A stretch of DNA of 63,097 nucleotides, filler included, from Folioceros fuciformis (lineage: Eukaryota), in assembly GCA_049999805.1 (NCBI GenBank). It is 11 parts of 11 records of this genome, joined end to end, with 100 filler letters (N's around TTAATTAATTAA, not from the genome) between each part and the next. Parts side by side here need not be neighbours in the genome. Positions count along the whole stretch, not along the records: positions 9,530 to 19,608 come from JBNGIO010004857.1; positions 19,709 to 21,591 come from JBNGIO010004858.1; positions 21,692 to 24,120 come from JBNGIO010004859.1; 8 more parts are not named here. One strand, given 5' to 3'. This document shows, in pieces, positions 11,629 to 24,220 of the stretch; the stretch's first letter is position 1, and each line of letters begins with the position of its first letter. Under the pieces are notes generated by a model, which did no database searches, was not told the DNA's origin, and saw only the letters and a program-made list of their open reading frames with translations. Made by a program: the position numbers and the translations under genes.

Positions 11629-14600
11629 TGCAAATAGAGATCTAGCTAGGGATCAAGGATGCAAGAGTAGGAAGCTTAGAAAAGAATTTATTAAATTGCA
11701 TGTGTCCATGAGACTACAAGCCCGTAAGCGAGCAAGAAGTGTCTGTTCACAGAGGTGTGAACCAACCGTCAACAGTCACGATGTGTGAAACGTGACAACG
11801 TTTCATATCTATGTTAATTAATTAATTAATTAACCCTAAAATCCTAGCTATTTAATACTATAACTTAATAAGGTATGGTATTTCTTTACTCCCACTTAGA
11901 CAGGCTGCATGTTACTTAATCTTCATGTGCTTCTGTCCTCATGCAAGTTACTTCCAACCTTAGCTGCCACGGCTTATGAGTTCTTGGCAGTAATCCTCTT
12001 ATTGTCGGTGATGGTTTTGTTACTGCTAATTGCGATGATGCGTCGCTGGAGTCCGTGCCCGCTGTGTGTGCAATTGCTAAGGTGTAATCTACTGAGAAGG
12101 AGTTGAATGCAGCTCAAGCTCGTCGGTGTAGGCTGCAGGGATCTCTCAGACTTGCTCCAGATTCTCCCTTCCGCTTCCTGCCTGAGTTGCATGGACAAAT
12201 TTTATGTATGCTAGTAGCGAGTTTACTGAAGAAGGCCGTTGATCACCAGATATGGTGAGACTTCTATATGCTCCCACTGATGCTGTTATCCTCCATGTAT
12301 TCTTCTCGGAGTTCTAACCCTATGTTAGTTGTTTTGCAGAGTCTTGGTATAGGTGCACCACCTCCATGTCTCTGAGGCGCTTAAGAGTAGCTGAGAAACC
12401 TCCACGAGTTATTGTGCTTGTACTGTGCTTGTCTTGTGGGAATTTTTGACAGCTAGGGAGCCTCAACGAGCCCCATAGCCTTGCATAATCTATCGTGCTT
12501 GTCTTGAGCTAGGGCTTTAGTTAGGTTATCAGATACATTGCTATTTGTTGGAACATACTATAGGTTAGCCTGTTCACTGCTGATCACTTGCCTTATGAAA
12601 TGATGCTTGACCTCGATACGTTTTGTACGCGCATGCATCATTGGATTTTGTGCTAACGCTATTGCTAACTGGTTGTCATATAACAGTAGGGTGGGTGCAT
12701 GCTGTGTTTCACCAAGTGAGGAGAGCAACTCCCTTGCATACAAAATGTCCTGAGTAGTAGTGGCTGTCGCTGCATATTTTGCTTCAGTGGATGATAGAGC
12801 GACCACCTATTGCTTCTTGCTGTACCAGGATATAGCTGTAGAGTCATACTCATCTGCTCCCAACAGCAGACAGTTAGCTGAGATTGACTTGCGAGTGTCT
12901 GAGTTAGCGGCCCAATCAGCATCACAAAAACATGTGAGTAATAAATTTTCTGGCCGTTGTTTGTACTTCAATCCAAGCTTAGGTGTTCCTTTTAGGTAAT
13001 GCATAACCCTCTCAACTGCTGTCTAGTGTGATGTTCCATAATAGGTAAGGAACTAAGATGTAATGCCCATAGCATGTGACGGATTTGGACATGTCCAATT
13101 CCTACAGTAAATTAGTGAGCACACTGCTGAATGATATGGAACCTTTTCCATTTGTTGGCGTTCCTCTTCAGCCTTTGGAGATTGCTGATTGCTTAGCTTC
13201 TCTTCTACAGCCATTGGGGTAGGTGCTGGCTTACAGTCTCCCATTATGAACCTAGACAAAATTTGACTAATGTATTGTGCCTAGTGTATCAGAACCATGT
13301 GGGTGGCAAGATCTTGAAGTATTTCTATGCCAAGGAACCAAGTTAGCTTGCCAAGATCTGTCATGGAGAACTCTGAGGTGAGAATAGACTTAACCTTTGC
13401 CATAAGTGTTGGATTCCTAACAATGAGGACTGCGTCATCCACATACAGAGCAAGGTACACCACTCCATTCTTGTCTTCTAGCGTGTAGACGTTGGAGTCA
13501 GCCTCGCTCTGGATGAAAGCTGACCTTTTTAAGTATGTGTCAATCCTTTTGTACCATGCCCTAGATGACTGCTTAAGGCCATAGATGGTCTTAACAAGTT
13601 TGCACACTTTCTTTGGGTGTGCAGGGTCTACAAATCCTTCTGGATGGCACATATAGATTGTTTCCTCAAGTGTCCCGTTCAAGAAAGGTATTTTTACGTC
13701 CACGTGCTCCATGATGTAATCTCTATGGGCTGCGATGGCAAACAAGGTGCGCACAGAGGTTGCCCTAACCACAGGTGAGAAGGTTTTAGTGTAATCTAAC
13801 CCTTCTACCTAGCTGTACCCTCTTGCAACAAGCCTTGCTTTGAACCGAGCCACACTTCCATCTGCTGCAAGCTTCTTCTTAAATACCCACTTACACGTGA
13901 CTACTTTTCTCCCAGGTAGAAGGTCCTCGAGTTGCCAAGTGCCATTGTCCAGCAATGATTGGTATTCTGAGTCTATAGGAACCTTCCACTGGGCAGCTTC
14001 AGGGCAGCTAACAGGTTCCTTGTAAGATAGAGGTTCTCCCAAAATATATGGAGTGATTTCATCTTGAACAAGAAAGGTGCTGTACATTAGAGGTGGGGTG
14101 TTCCACTCTGAAGGATTTGAAGTATGCCTACGACCACTCCTTTGAGGCTGGTCTGGTTCCACTTCCACATGTGTTGACGTATCAACTTCTACTTCATTAG
14201 CAGCAAGGGTAATTGATTGTTTATTGCCATCTGTTTCATTTTCACCTTCAGGAAAAACACTAACTTCCTCCTGTAGTGGTGTGGTGACTGGAGGCTGCAC
14301 AGGAATAGGTGGGGGCACACTTCGCTATTGTACTCCCACTGAAGATGTTTGAGATAGAGGATAGGTCACAGATTAATAATCATACGTATCATGTTCCTGT
14401 TCCAGCATGTCATCTGAATGACTTGTGGAGGCATCATCATTCGGCATGGAGGCAACTCCCTCTGTTGGGTAAGTGAGTAATATTTGCTCGTGAAAACCTA
14501 CACTTCTACAATGAGTTGTAAAATGAGTGTCGGGGTCAAAAAGTTTGTAGCCTTTTATGCCCTCTGCATAGCCAACAAAGACAAATTTCCTTGCCTTGTA

Positions 14601-15925
14601 ATCTAAATTCACCCTCTGGTCTTCGGATAAGTGGGCATACGCAGGTAAGCCAAATATTTGAAGATGGTTAATACGAGGTTTGTAATTTTTCCACCTCTCA
14701 AATGGAGTTGTTCCTGCAAACACATTGGTAGGCAATCTGTTTCTAATATAGGCAGTTGTGGAAACTGCCTCTGCCCAGTAGCTTGGGGACAATATGGCTT
14801 ACTTCAGCATGGACTTTGCAGTTTCCTAAATGTGGTTGTTACTAACCTTAGCAATTGGATTTTGTGACGAGGTGTAAGGAGTGGTGTACTGCTTGGTAAT
14901 ACCTTGGCTTTTGCAAAACGATTCAAAAGCCTCAAAGCAGTACTCCCCTCCATTGTCACTGCGAAGAGTCTACAACAAAGCTCCAATTTGGCGTTGCGCG
15001 AAAGTAACATACTCCATGAAGCAACTGAGTGTTTGGTTTTTCTGAGCTTACTGAGGTAGACAACTATGTACCTACTTCAGTCATCAATAAAGGAGAGAAT
15101 ATATCTTGCACCTCCAAAAGGCACAGTAGACATAGGTTCATATAAGTCTAAGTGTACAAGTTCCACTAGCTGAGTGGCCCTCATAACTTAAGTTTGTCAA
15201 AGTTAGTGTGTCTAAGATGACAGTGCCAGAGCCTTGTATCCCTTTCAACTTGCTGAGCTTGACTCATATTGACAATGGGATTGGCTAACTTGTAAGCGAT
15301 GTCAAGTTGGTATAGGTTGTGCACTGGAGTGCCTATAGCTACCACTTTATTCTTATACTGTGTATTTACTACTATACAGTGCCCACCAGTAAATGTGGTG
15401 CTTAGCATGTGTTGAGTGGCCAACAGGTAAACAGAAATAAGGTTCTTGACCAGTGCTGGAACATGAAGGACATCTATCATGTCGACTGTAGTCCCATCCT
15501 TAAGGAGAATGGGCACTTTACCAACGCCAAATGTAGGTAAGCCACGATCATCACCTAGTAAGACAATTTGCCCTCTAGGGATTTTTCTATAATCAGAGAA
15601 CGCTGATAGGGTGTGGCAGATATGTGAAGAGGCATAGGAGTCTAGGTACCAAGCATGGCGATACTGAGGTGTAGACACAATGTAAACTGCCATAAGGGTG
15701 TTGGTCTTGCGCTGGACCATATTGCTTTCTGGAGGTGCAGTCCTCCTTGGCTCGTTTGCCTTTTTCTTCCTGCACTCCGCCTCCTAGTGACCTGGGATGA
15801 GGCACCAATTGCACGGCCCCTTCTTCTTAGTAGGTGCTGATGATGATCCAACTTTCTTACTTGCATAAGAGTTTGTTTGATTGTTCCAGGATCGCCGAGA
15901 TGGTTGCCTGCGAGGACCCTTATTT
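11629..15925 (-). mobile_element. Degenerate Ty1/Copia with 3' LTR (about 11629-11870), PPT (11880-11897), RNase H, RT, integrase and protease
   Basis: Motifs DADWA, HARTKRIEVKHHF, LYVDD, IYGLKQSSRAW, YWAEAVST and WYLDSYASSH. The PPT reads AAGTGGGAGTAAAGAAA. Confidence 0.92.
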
Positions 15926-15926
15926 A

Positions 15927-16222
15927 TGTAAAGGGCCTTGTTTGAGGGATCTCCTGTGAAGGATGGTCCACCTCTACTAGCGTGCCTTGTTGTCTCCTCT
16001 TCAAGGAGAGTTTCTGAATAAATAGAAAAATGCAGATTAATAACAATATCTGTATTGTATTACATTGTATCACTATATATGTAAAGAATACACACTTATT
16101 AAAGTTCATAATGGTTTAAGTAGAAACCAAAAGCCATGCCTTTACGAAAAGACGTAACCCTAAAGAAACGCTATGACCTTTTAAAATAACTTAACATATT
16201 AACCCTAATCGTGATTCCAACA
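15927..16222 (-). mobile_element. 3' LTR (296 bp, TG...CA) of the Copia element to its right
   Basis: TGTAAAG...TTCCAACA, flanked by a PPT at 16228-16245 that matches the one at 11880-11897. Confidence 0.75.
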
Positions 16223-19200
16223 CATCTATTTCTTTACTCCCACTTGTTGGTCATGATTCATTTGCATGTTCAGTCTTCAGGGTCGACTGTATGTTGCTTG
16301 TGGACTGTGAATTCAGCTGGGTTGTCTTTAATCTTCAAGCGCCATAGCCAACAACTTTTGTCCTTAGTTATGCTCCACCTTTCAAGTCACAGTGAATCAA
16401 GATGGTATTTCTGAGTACTTGCTCCAGTGTTCAAATTGCAGTGATGAAGGCTGCTGCCTACATAATGTTGAGCCTCTTCACATCCTAAGTATTCTCTGAG
16501 CTGTTAAGGCATAGAATCACGCGCCTCCTGTTAATCATGGCGTCCTCCACTTCTGATTCTGATGCTGCTCCCAAAGACCACCGCTACCAGCACGATGCTA
16601 AAGGTAGATTTGCGCCTAGGACAACTACCAAGACCGAGACGGGTGTGGAGATCAAGGCGTCTAGCAGCAAGTGAGGAGTTGGAAGACCGAAAGGGACAAC
16701 AAAAGAAGTTCTGGAGTGGCACAAGGTCAAAGGCTTCAGAACTTGTCAGGATATGAGCGCTCCTTCCTCTCCTCCATCACCCAAAGCTGAGTACACCTGT
16801 CAGGTCAGGGTCATAAACCTGGATTTTGCCTACTATGATAAATACTCCACCCGCCGTGTGCATGTGCATGTACTCCACCCTCCAACATCCTCAGCACGAA
16901 CAACTTGAGTTCCATGATCAGTTTGATCAAAGTGTGAATCTTGAAGCACGGTTGTGTCATCATCATCATCAAGAGGGGGATCCTTGGAAGCTCCCACTGA
17001 TGCCCAAGTGCTCCCTTCATCAAAAGTAACACTTCTGGCATATATTACTTTATTTTTAGGGACATCATAGAGTTTATACGCCTTGATGCCCTCTGTGTAG
17101 CCTAACATCAAAAGTTTACATGCCTTGTCTGATAACTTTTTCCTCTTTTCTTTAGGGACAAAAGCATATGCTACACAGCCAAAGGTGCACAGGTGAAGAA
17201 TGGATGGCTTGCGCCCTGTGAAAGCTTCATACAAGGTAAGTCCAACTACTGAAGTTGTGGGCAATCTATTTTTAAGATAAGTAGATGTCATAATGGCTTC
17301 TGCCCAATATGGCAGGGGGAGCTGAGCATGATGTAGAAGAGAAGATGTCATCTCGTGCAACGTTAGATTAAGACGCTCAGCAACTCCATTTTGCTGTGGA
17401 GTGTAGACTATTGTGACCTGGCGACTAATGCCCTCAGCCAAACAGTAATCCTGAAACTCATTGAAGGTAAACTCTCCCTCGTTGTCTGATCTTAAAGTTT
17501 TAAGTTGCTTACCAATCCATCTTTCAACATACCTAAGGTAATCCTTAAAGTGAGTAAAGCATTCACTCTTCTTCTTCAAAATGTAAGTAGTAACAAACCT
17601 AGTTTTGTTATCTGTAAATGTCAGGAAGTATTTACCACCACCAATGGACTCCTGTGAGAGAGGTCCACACAAATTTGTATGGACAAGTTCCAAGACATCC
17701 GAAGCCTTGTGTGGTGCCTTGTTTTCAAAGGCTGCTTGATGTTTCTTTGAAAGAACATAGGATTCACACAAAGGAAGTGGTACCAGAGGCCCTATATGCC
17801 CATGCTGGTAAAAATCGCATACAGCTAGTTTTTGTAACTTTGCTGAATGTGGATGGCCTAGTCATGAGTGCCATAACTTTGACTTTTCTATCTATTGTGT
17901 AGACGCAGTAGTTGCACCCTTTGTCAAGTTTAAGAATGGTACGCTACTGTTTGTGTGGAGACAAAACAAGTCTCTATCTGATGACCCATAGGCAAGTACT
18001 TTATTATGATTAAAAGCATCTAGTACTTGACATTCTGTATGAGTGAATAAGATGTGACATTGATTATTAGCATTCAGCTTTCTGACTAAAATGAGATTTC
18101 GTGTCATATCAGGTACGTAGTAGACGTCATGCAGTACTAAAACATTTCCTGATGGAATTGGCAGGTCTATCGTGCCAAAACCAGGAGAGACTAGGGATCT
18201 GTCATCACCTAGGTATATGTACTAATCCTTAACTGCTTTGTACGTTTGAAACGCTCCTCTGTCTAAGCAAATGTGGGCTATAACCCCAGTGTCTAAGTTC
18301 CAATCAATGGTATGCTTAACATTTGTATTTGTTGACAGGTAAGCAAGAGACAAGAATGAACGTGTTGCAAACACTGTTGTACCGACTGTGAGGGTAGAAG
18401 GGGTTGGTTGCTTCTTCACAACCACGCGAGTCTCAGCACTGGTTGAACCCTCCTTGCAAGGAACACCAACTTGCTTTTTTTGGCACTCACGCTCCTAGTG
18501 ACCAGGGAACTTGCACCAGCTGCAATTTCCTATCCTTTTTGGTTTTCTCAGGTTGGCTCCTTGTCCTTGTGAGCCACCACCTCTTGAGGTACTGCCCCCA
18601 CCCCTGTTGTAGGGTCTTCCTCCTCCATGTTCTCTGTTGGATGTATAGAGGGCTTGCTGTTTACCAGAACGTTTATTATAATACTTTGTTGCTTCCTCTT
18701 GTAGTAATGCTCCCACTGATTCTGCAAAGGTAGTTTCTGGAAGGGAATCTGTTGAGGCCTTTGCAAGTTTCTCAGTTTGGAGTCAAGAAGCGTTAAGGGA
18801 GGTCATGAAATGTGACCAGGATATGAGGAAATAAAGTGTAAGTGTATCATCCTTTATAACCTTGTTTGAAGCACTTTCCAGCCTAGACACAAGTGTTTTG
18901 AAATGTCCAAGATGCTTTCAATTGATTCTCCATCTTTCATTTTGCAAAGCTGTAAATTTCGCAAAGCTGTCATCTGACTTCTATGATTGTTGCTTGCATA
19001 CAGGTCTTGAAGTCTGGACCAGATTTTGTACATCTTGAACTTGTACATCCTAAAGTTTGTCTTAACATCTCTGGGGTAAGACCACTTCGGATGAGGAACA
19101 TGGCTGCTTCATCTTTTGCATCCCATGCATCCTGTAACTTTATTTCAGCTATTGTAGATGGAGTGGAGACAACTGGGGGCTTATCATCCCCAATAACTAT

Positions 19201-19557
19201 ATTCCACAGTTTCTTATTCTGCAAGGCTCCCATCATCATGATTACCCATATATCGTAATCTTGCCCACCAAACCTTTCTTTCTCTTTGAACCCTTCCCCA
19301 CCTAGACAAGATAAGGCATCTCCTACTGCCATTTTCCTCTTTTGTATCTTGGGTTAGCTACTCCCAAAATACCGAGATTATGTGATGGCTATTGCAGGGG
19401 TTAGAAAGACTCAAGACTTCAGACAAATGATGCTCATGCAGCACAGTCAAAGAATATTGATAGCATTAGGCAGTCTGTCAGCTGCAAGTATAGCTACTAA
19501 CTCCTGTTGTATTCTACTGATTATTCTCTGATTTCTAATCTCCCACTTATTGAAAGC
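16223..19557 (-). mobile_element. Ty1/Copia derivative: gag (ATG 19332), protease, integrase, no visible RT/RNase H
   Basis: Motifs RFGGQDYDIW, CSWCKFPGH, WNLDTG, LELVHTNLCG, TPQQNGVAER and LGYTEGIKAYKLYD, then under 1 kb without RT motifs before the PPT. Confidence 0.85.
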
Positions 19558-19608
19558 TGTGAACCTCCAAAGTTTGGGGTAGTAGTTTGTTTTGGTTGAA
19601 AAAGGGTT
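19558..19608 (+). mobile_element. Gypsy-family LTR 5' end, cut by a gap
   Basis: TGTGAACCTCCAAAGTTTGGGGTAG matches 52303. Confidence 0.85.
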
Positions 19609-19813
19609 NNNNNNNNNNNNNNNNNNNNNNNNNNNNNNNNNNNNNNNNNNNNTTAATTAATTAANNNNNNNNNNNNNNNNNNNNNNNNNNNNNNNNNNNN
19701 NNNNNNNNCTCTAATTACAAAATAGGTGTAGATGTGACAATAATGAGCATCTTGGCATTCATGTATGTATTATTTGTTGTAGGTTTCAAAACATTCACTC
19801 ATGACCATGGTGG

Positions 19814-20100
19814 TGTAGGGTTATTAAAGCCCAATGTGTTTAGACTAATGTGTTTAGTCTAAGATTAGTGTCTAGTTAAGTATCATTAATTTAGATTAGC
19901 TTAAGCTAATCTGAAGGAAGCTTCTTGCGCAGCTTCCTGTGCGCTTCTTGTGAAGCTTCCTAGGGAGCTCTTCTAGAGGGTATAAATACCCCCTTGAGCT
20001 CCCTTGCATATGAAGACTCATTGTGAGAGTGTGACCTCTCTTTCTCCTCTCCTCCTTCACCATGTAGCTCCTGGAGCGATCCTTCAAGTGGAATAACGCA
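19814..20100 (+). mobile_element. Copia-family LTR copy (TGTAGGGTTATTAAAGCCC...), TATA box at 19981
   Basis: Homologous to the reverse complement of 58990-59260. The 3' end is uncertain. Confidence 0.8.
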
Positions 20101-20825
20101 CATGACATTGGAGCACCATGGACCACTGGATCACTAACAGTGTGGTTTAACTTCTTACAAACATGGCATAAGGAAACCTTGTGGCCAAACTCCTTACACA
20201 CCTAGCAAAAGGGAACGTGGTGGCTGAACTTCGTACACACTTAACAAAAGGTAACATACGTTATCTACCTTTTTGGCTAAGGGCAGTTGGAGGCTTAGTG
20301 CCTTGGCATGTTGCTATTAAAACAACATCCTACTAGGATTAACATCAATTATTAGGACGAAGCAAACCTCCACTGCCCTAGTAAGGTTGGTCGTACACTA
20401 TGGAATTAATAAATTGGGATTATTTGAAGTCTCTCTCTGTGTACAGTCAGCCGAAGTTGTTACAATCATTGTTATTATTAATTTTTAATGTTTGATTTGC
20501 TCTTTGATTTTAGATTGTAGAAGTGGCAAGGCCAAAGTCTATTGCGGCAGCCATTAACCAAGTCTTAGAGCTTGTGAAAGAAGCTGAACTGCTTATAAGT
20601 CTAAAAGGGAAGGATCATTATCGAAGAAAACTCTACAGAGGACTTCGACTAGGGTGTGCATGACCAGAGGAGTTATGTCAGATTGACAACTAAGGCAACA
20701 ACAAGCATAAGGAAGACACTTTTTTCTCCTTCTTTTGCTTCTTCCTCCTCCCACTAGCCCCTCCCTCTTCTTGTCTGTACACAGGTTGGCTTGTTCTTCA
20801 TAGAAGAAATCACTCTAGCCTAACA

Positions 20826-21018
20826 TTTTAGACTTTTCTCCATGCTCAAGCCATTGTAACTCATGCACCCATCCATCCACCTACCCGGTTGGCCGGTTCT
20901 ACATAAACAAGTCACTCCAACATGACGTTTTAGATTTTTTCTCCATGGTCAAGCATTGTGTCCCATGTTTTAGACTTTTCTCCATGGTCAAGCATGATGT
21001 CCCATGTTTTGGACTTTT
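20826..21018. repeat. Imperfect direct repeats of about 39 bp (ttttagacttttctccatggtcaagc...)
   Basis: Three to four copies are visible. Confidence 0.75.
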
Positions 21019-21425
21019 TGTAGGGTTAATAAAGTCCAATGTGCTTAGACTAATGTGTTTAGTGTAAGATTAGTGTCTAGTTAAGTACCATTAGTTTAGA
21101 TTAGCTTAAGCTAATCAGTTGGAAGCTTCTTGTGCAGCTTCCGATGCGCTTCTTGCGCAGCTTCCGATACGCTTCTTGCGCAGCTTCTGATGCGCTTCTT
21201 GTGAAGCTTCCTAGGTCCTAAGATTGGAAGCTTCCTAGGACTCTAGTGGTAGTTAGACCCTTGCTCGATGCTAGGACCTAGGACTCTAGTGGTAGTGAAG
21301 ACTCTTTCTTCTTACTAGCTTGGAAGACCTAGGACTCTAGTGGTAGTGAAGACTCTTTCTCCTTACTAGCTTGGAAGACCTAGGACTCTAGTGGTAGTGA
21401 AGACTCTTTCTCCAAGCTAGCTTGG
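21019..21425 (+). mobile_element. Copia-family LTR 5' part with expanded 23-bp repeats, followed by a 51-bp tandem array
   Basis: Starts TGTAGGGTTAATAAAG. The 23-bp units span 21125-21210, and the 51-bp units start at 21277, 21328 and 21379. Confidence 0.8.
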
Positions 21426-21691
21426 ACACAGATATTTTAGCTACTATTGGTAGCCATTAGGGTCAGGGGTAGCCCTAGCGTCTAATCACGATTTATCTCC
21501 CTCATTACGGATGGATGGATTTTTCATATTGTCTTTATAAAATTAATGGACCTAACCTTCTTGATGCATCGAAGATGTGCATGAGGTTCTTNNNNNNNNN
21601 NNNNNNNNNNNNNNNNNNNNNNNNNNNNNNNNNNNTTAATTAATTAANNNNNNNNNNNNNNNNNNNNNNNNNNNNNNNNNNNNNNNNNNNN

Positions 21692-24120
21692 ACGGCTCCG
21701 GCTACGATGTCTGGATGCAGCGTGTGAAGATTCTTCTCCAACTTGAGGACTTGTGGGATGTGGCTTCTAGCGCAACCGCCAAGCCTGCTGCCGCAACGTC
21801 AGCCCCCGATGTCATCGCCAAGTGGGAGAAGATCAACTTGCGTGCACGAGCTTTGCTTCAGTCCGTGCTGGACAGCTCAATGATGCACCATGTCAACGAC
21901 GCCGAGTCCACAGCTCAAGCTTGGGCGTCCCTCCATCAGGTCTTCGCAACAATGAATTCCACATCGCTTGTTTCAACCAGCCGTCTTTTCTCGAATTTGC
22001 ACATGAAGGAGACACAGTCGGTCGAACAACATATCCAGCAGTTTCGCCATTTGAGGCAACGGCTGGCGTCGGCCGGCACAAAGGTCTCGGAGCTCCAAGC
22101 TGCCGTTGCTCTCCTCATGTCTCTACCAGAACGTTTCAGAACCTTTGTAAGTACTCAAAATGCAACCCTGCGAGCAGCAGCAGCAGCGCCTACAGGCACA
22201 GTGACAATCACATTGTCAGAAATCATCGGAGCATTGCTGGAGGAGGAGTCCTCTCACAAATCAACTCGAGAAGCATCTCCATCCTCCGGCAACAGCAACA
22301 ATCGAGTCCTTTTTGCCGCAAGGGGGAGAGGGTGAGGCTGTTTTCAAGCCGGCCGACCACCTTGGCAGTCCAAGAAGCCAGCATATAATAGAAGCTGGGG
22401 GAGCTCACCTTCGACAAAGAAGAAAGGTAGCTGTAATTGGTGTCTTTTCCCTGGACACCACGAACACGAATGTCGCAAGAAGAAGGCGGGAGAACCTCGC
22501 CGGACAGCACCTCTAGAAGCTCATGCTGCTACCAAGGCTCGGGGCCCATCCATCCTTGCGGTGTACGTGGCGCATGCGGTTGGCGACAAGCATGCGTTGT
22601 ACCTGGACTCTAGGGCGTCTGCTCACATCTGCAACACCAAGTCTGCATTCGTCTCTTACAAGCAAGGCCCGGCACAACAGTACGTGCTTTTGGGAGACGA
22701 TAGCGGCCTGAAGGTTGAAGGTTCAGGTGCGGTCGAGGTCACACTCAACAATGGCGCCGTTCTAACTTTGGATGACGTGCTGTACGTTCTACAAATGGCG
22801 AAGAACCTTGTGTCAGTCCGCCAACTCTGTAAGCTGCACAAGTTTAGAGTGTGCTTTCAGGCTGAGGCCTGCATTGTAAGTGACGAAGGGGGAGATGGCA
22901 GCCCTATTGCTCTAGGCTCACCTATTCACGATTTGTACAAGCTGGACATCACTCTTCGAAGATTGAATGAAGGGAAGTCAAGTGCATGAGCTGCCATCTC
23001 AAGGAGAATCTCTGCATCTGATGAAGCTTTCCTGTGGCATTGCCGACTTGGGCACACAAATTTTCAACGACTCAAAAGCATAGCTAACTCGGAACTGTAC
23101 AAAGATAAACTAGATCTGTCAGTCCCAAATGATGTCTTTTGTGAATCTTGTATGTATGGCAAGCATCATAAGCTGCCGCATGACAATAAGGATGCCACAC
23201 GAGCTACACAGCTCCTAGAAGTCGTACATACTGACCTACGTGGCCCCATGTCCACCACTTCGTTTGGTGGGGCCAAGTTTTTCATGGTCATTGTAGATGA
23301 CTGGAGTCGTTATACCCTGACGTATTTTCTATCACATAAAAGTCAGGCGTTAGACATGTTTGTCAGGTACATACAGTATGTGGAGCGTTTTACAGGCCAC
23401 AAACTCAAGAGCCTGAGAAGTGACAACGCTAGTGAGCTGGCCTTTGGCGATTTTAAGGCATACTGTGAGAAGGAAGGCATACCAAGGCAGTTTACGGTGG
23501 CTTACTCTTCTGATCAGAACCCTCTCTCAGAAAGAAAGAACCGTTACATACAAGAATGTGCGAAGACAATGCTCCACCAAGCCCAGTTGTCTCGAGGATA
23601 CTGGGCAGAGGCAGTCTCGGCTGTGACCTACATCCAAAACAGGCTACCAACATCAGCATTCACTGGAGAAACACCATATCAGCGCTGGACGGGTCACAAA
23701 CCTTGAATAACTCACCTCCGCGTTTTCGGCTCACCAGTGTATATTCATGTCCCTACAAAGACTAGGCGGAAGATGGACTACAAGGCATGCAAGCTGCTAT
23801 TTGTAGGCTACACGGAGGGAATCAAGGGATATAAAGTCTTCGATCCAGCAACTCGGAAGACAAGCTACTCTAGACATGTCATATTTGACGAACATCATGT
23901 TCTGGACTCAAGCTCAAAGACGTCCATGGAAAATAGTGATCAGAGTAGTTCGTCAGATAGTCAAGCCACAAACGTTTTCCCTAACAATAGTAGTACAAGT
24001 AGCATGCCTAGCAATGTTCAGAACATTACTTATTTTTCATCTGAGAGTGACAGTGATACTCACAGCTATGACGGGGCTGATTATGAGCCCCCGTCTCCAC
24101 CTGCTAATCTCACCCATGCA
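21692..24120 (+). mobile_element. Ty1/Copia gag, protease and integrase, degenerate and bounded by gaps
   Basis: Motifs GYDVWMQRVK, LLMSLPERF, LYLDSRASAH, LWHCRLGH, LEVVHTDLRGP, YWAEAVS and FVGYTEGIKGYK. Confidence 0.93.
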
Positions 24121-24220
24121 NNNNNNNNNNNNNNNNNNNNNNNNNNNNNNNNNNNNNNNNNNNNTTAATTAATTAANNNNNNNNNNNNNNNNNNNNNNNN
24201 NNNNNNNNNNNNNNNNNNNN

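Noticed and set aside
11814-11833. (TTAA)5 palindrome resembling the linker
   Set aside because: It has no flanking Ns and lies in an AT-rich LTR, so it is treated as a simple repeat.
20826-21425. CRISPR-like direct repeats
   Set aside because: The units are tandem without unique equal-length spacers, there are no cas genes, and the context is eukaryotic LTR sequence.
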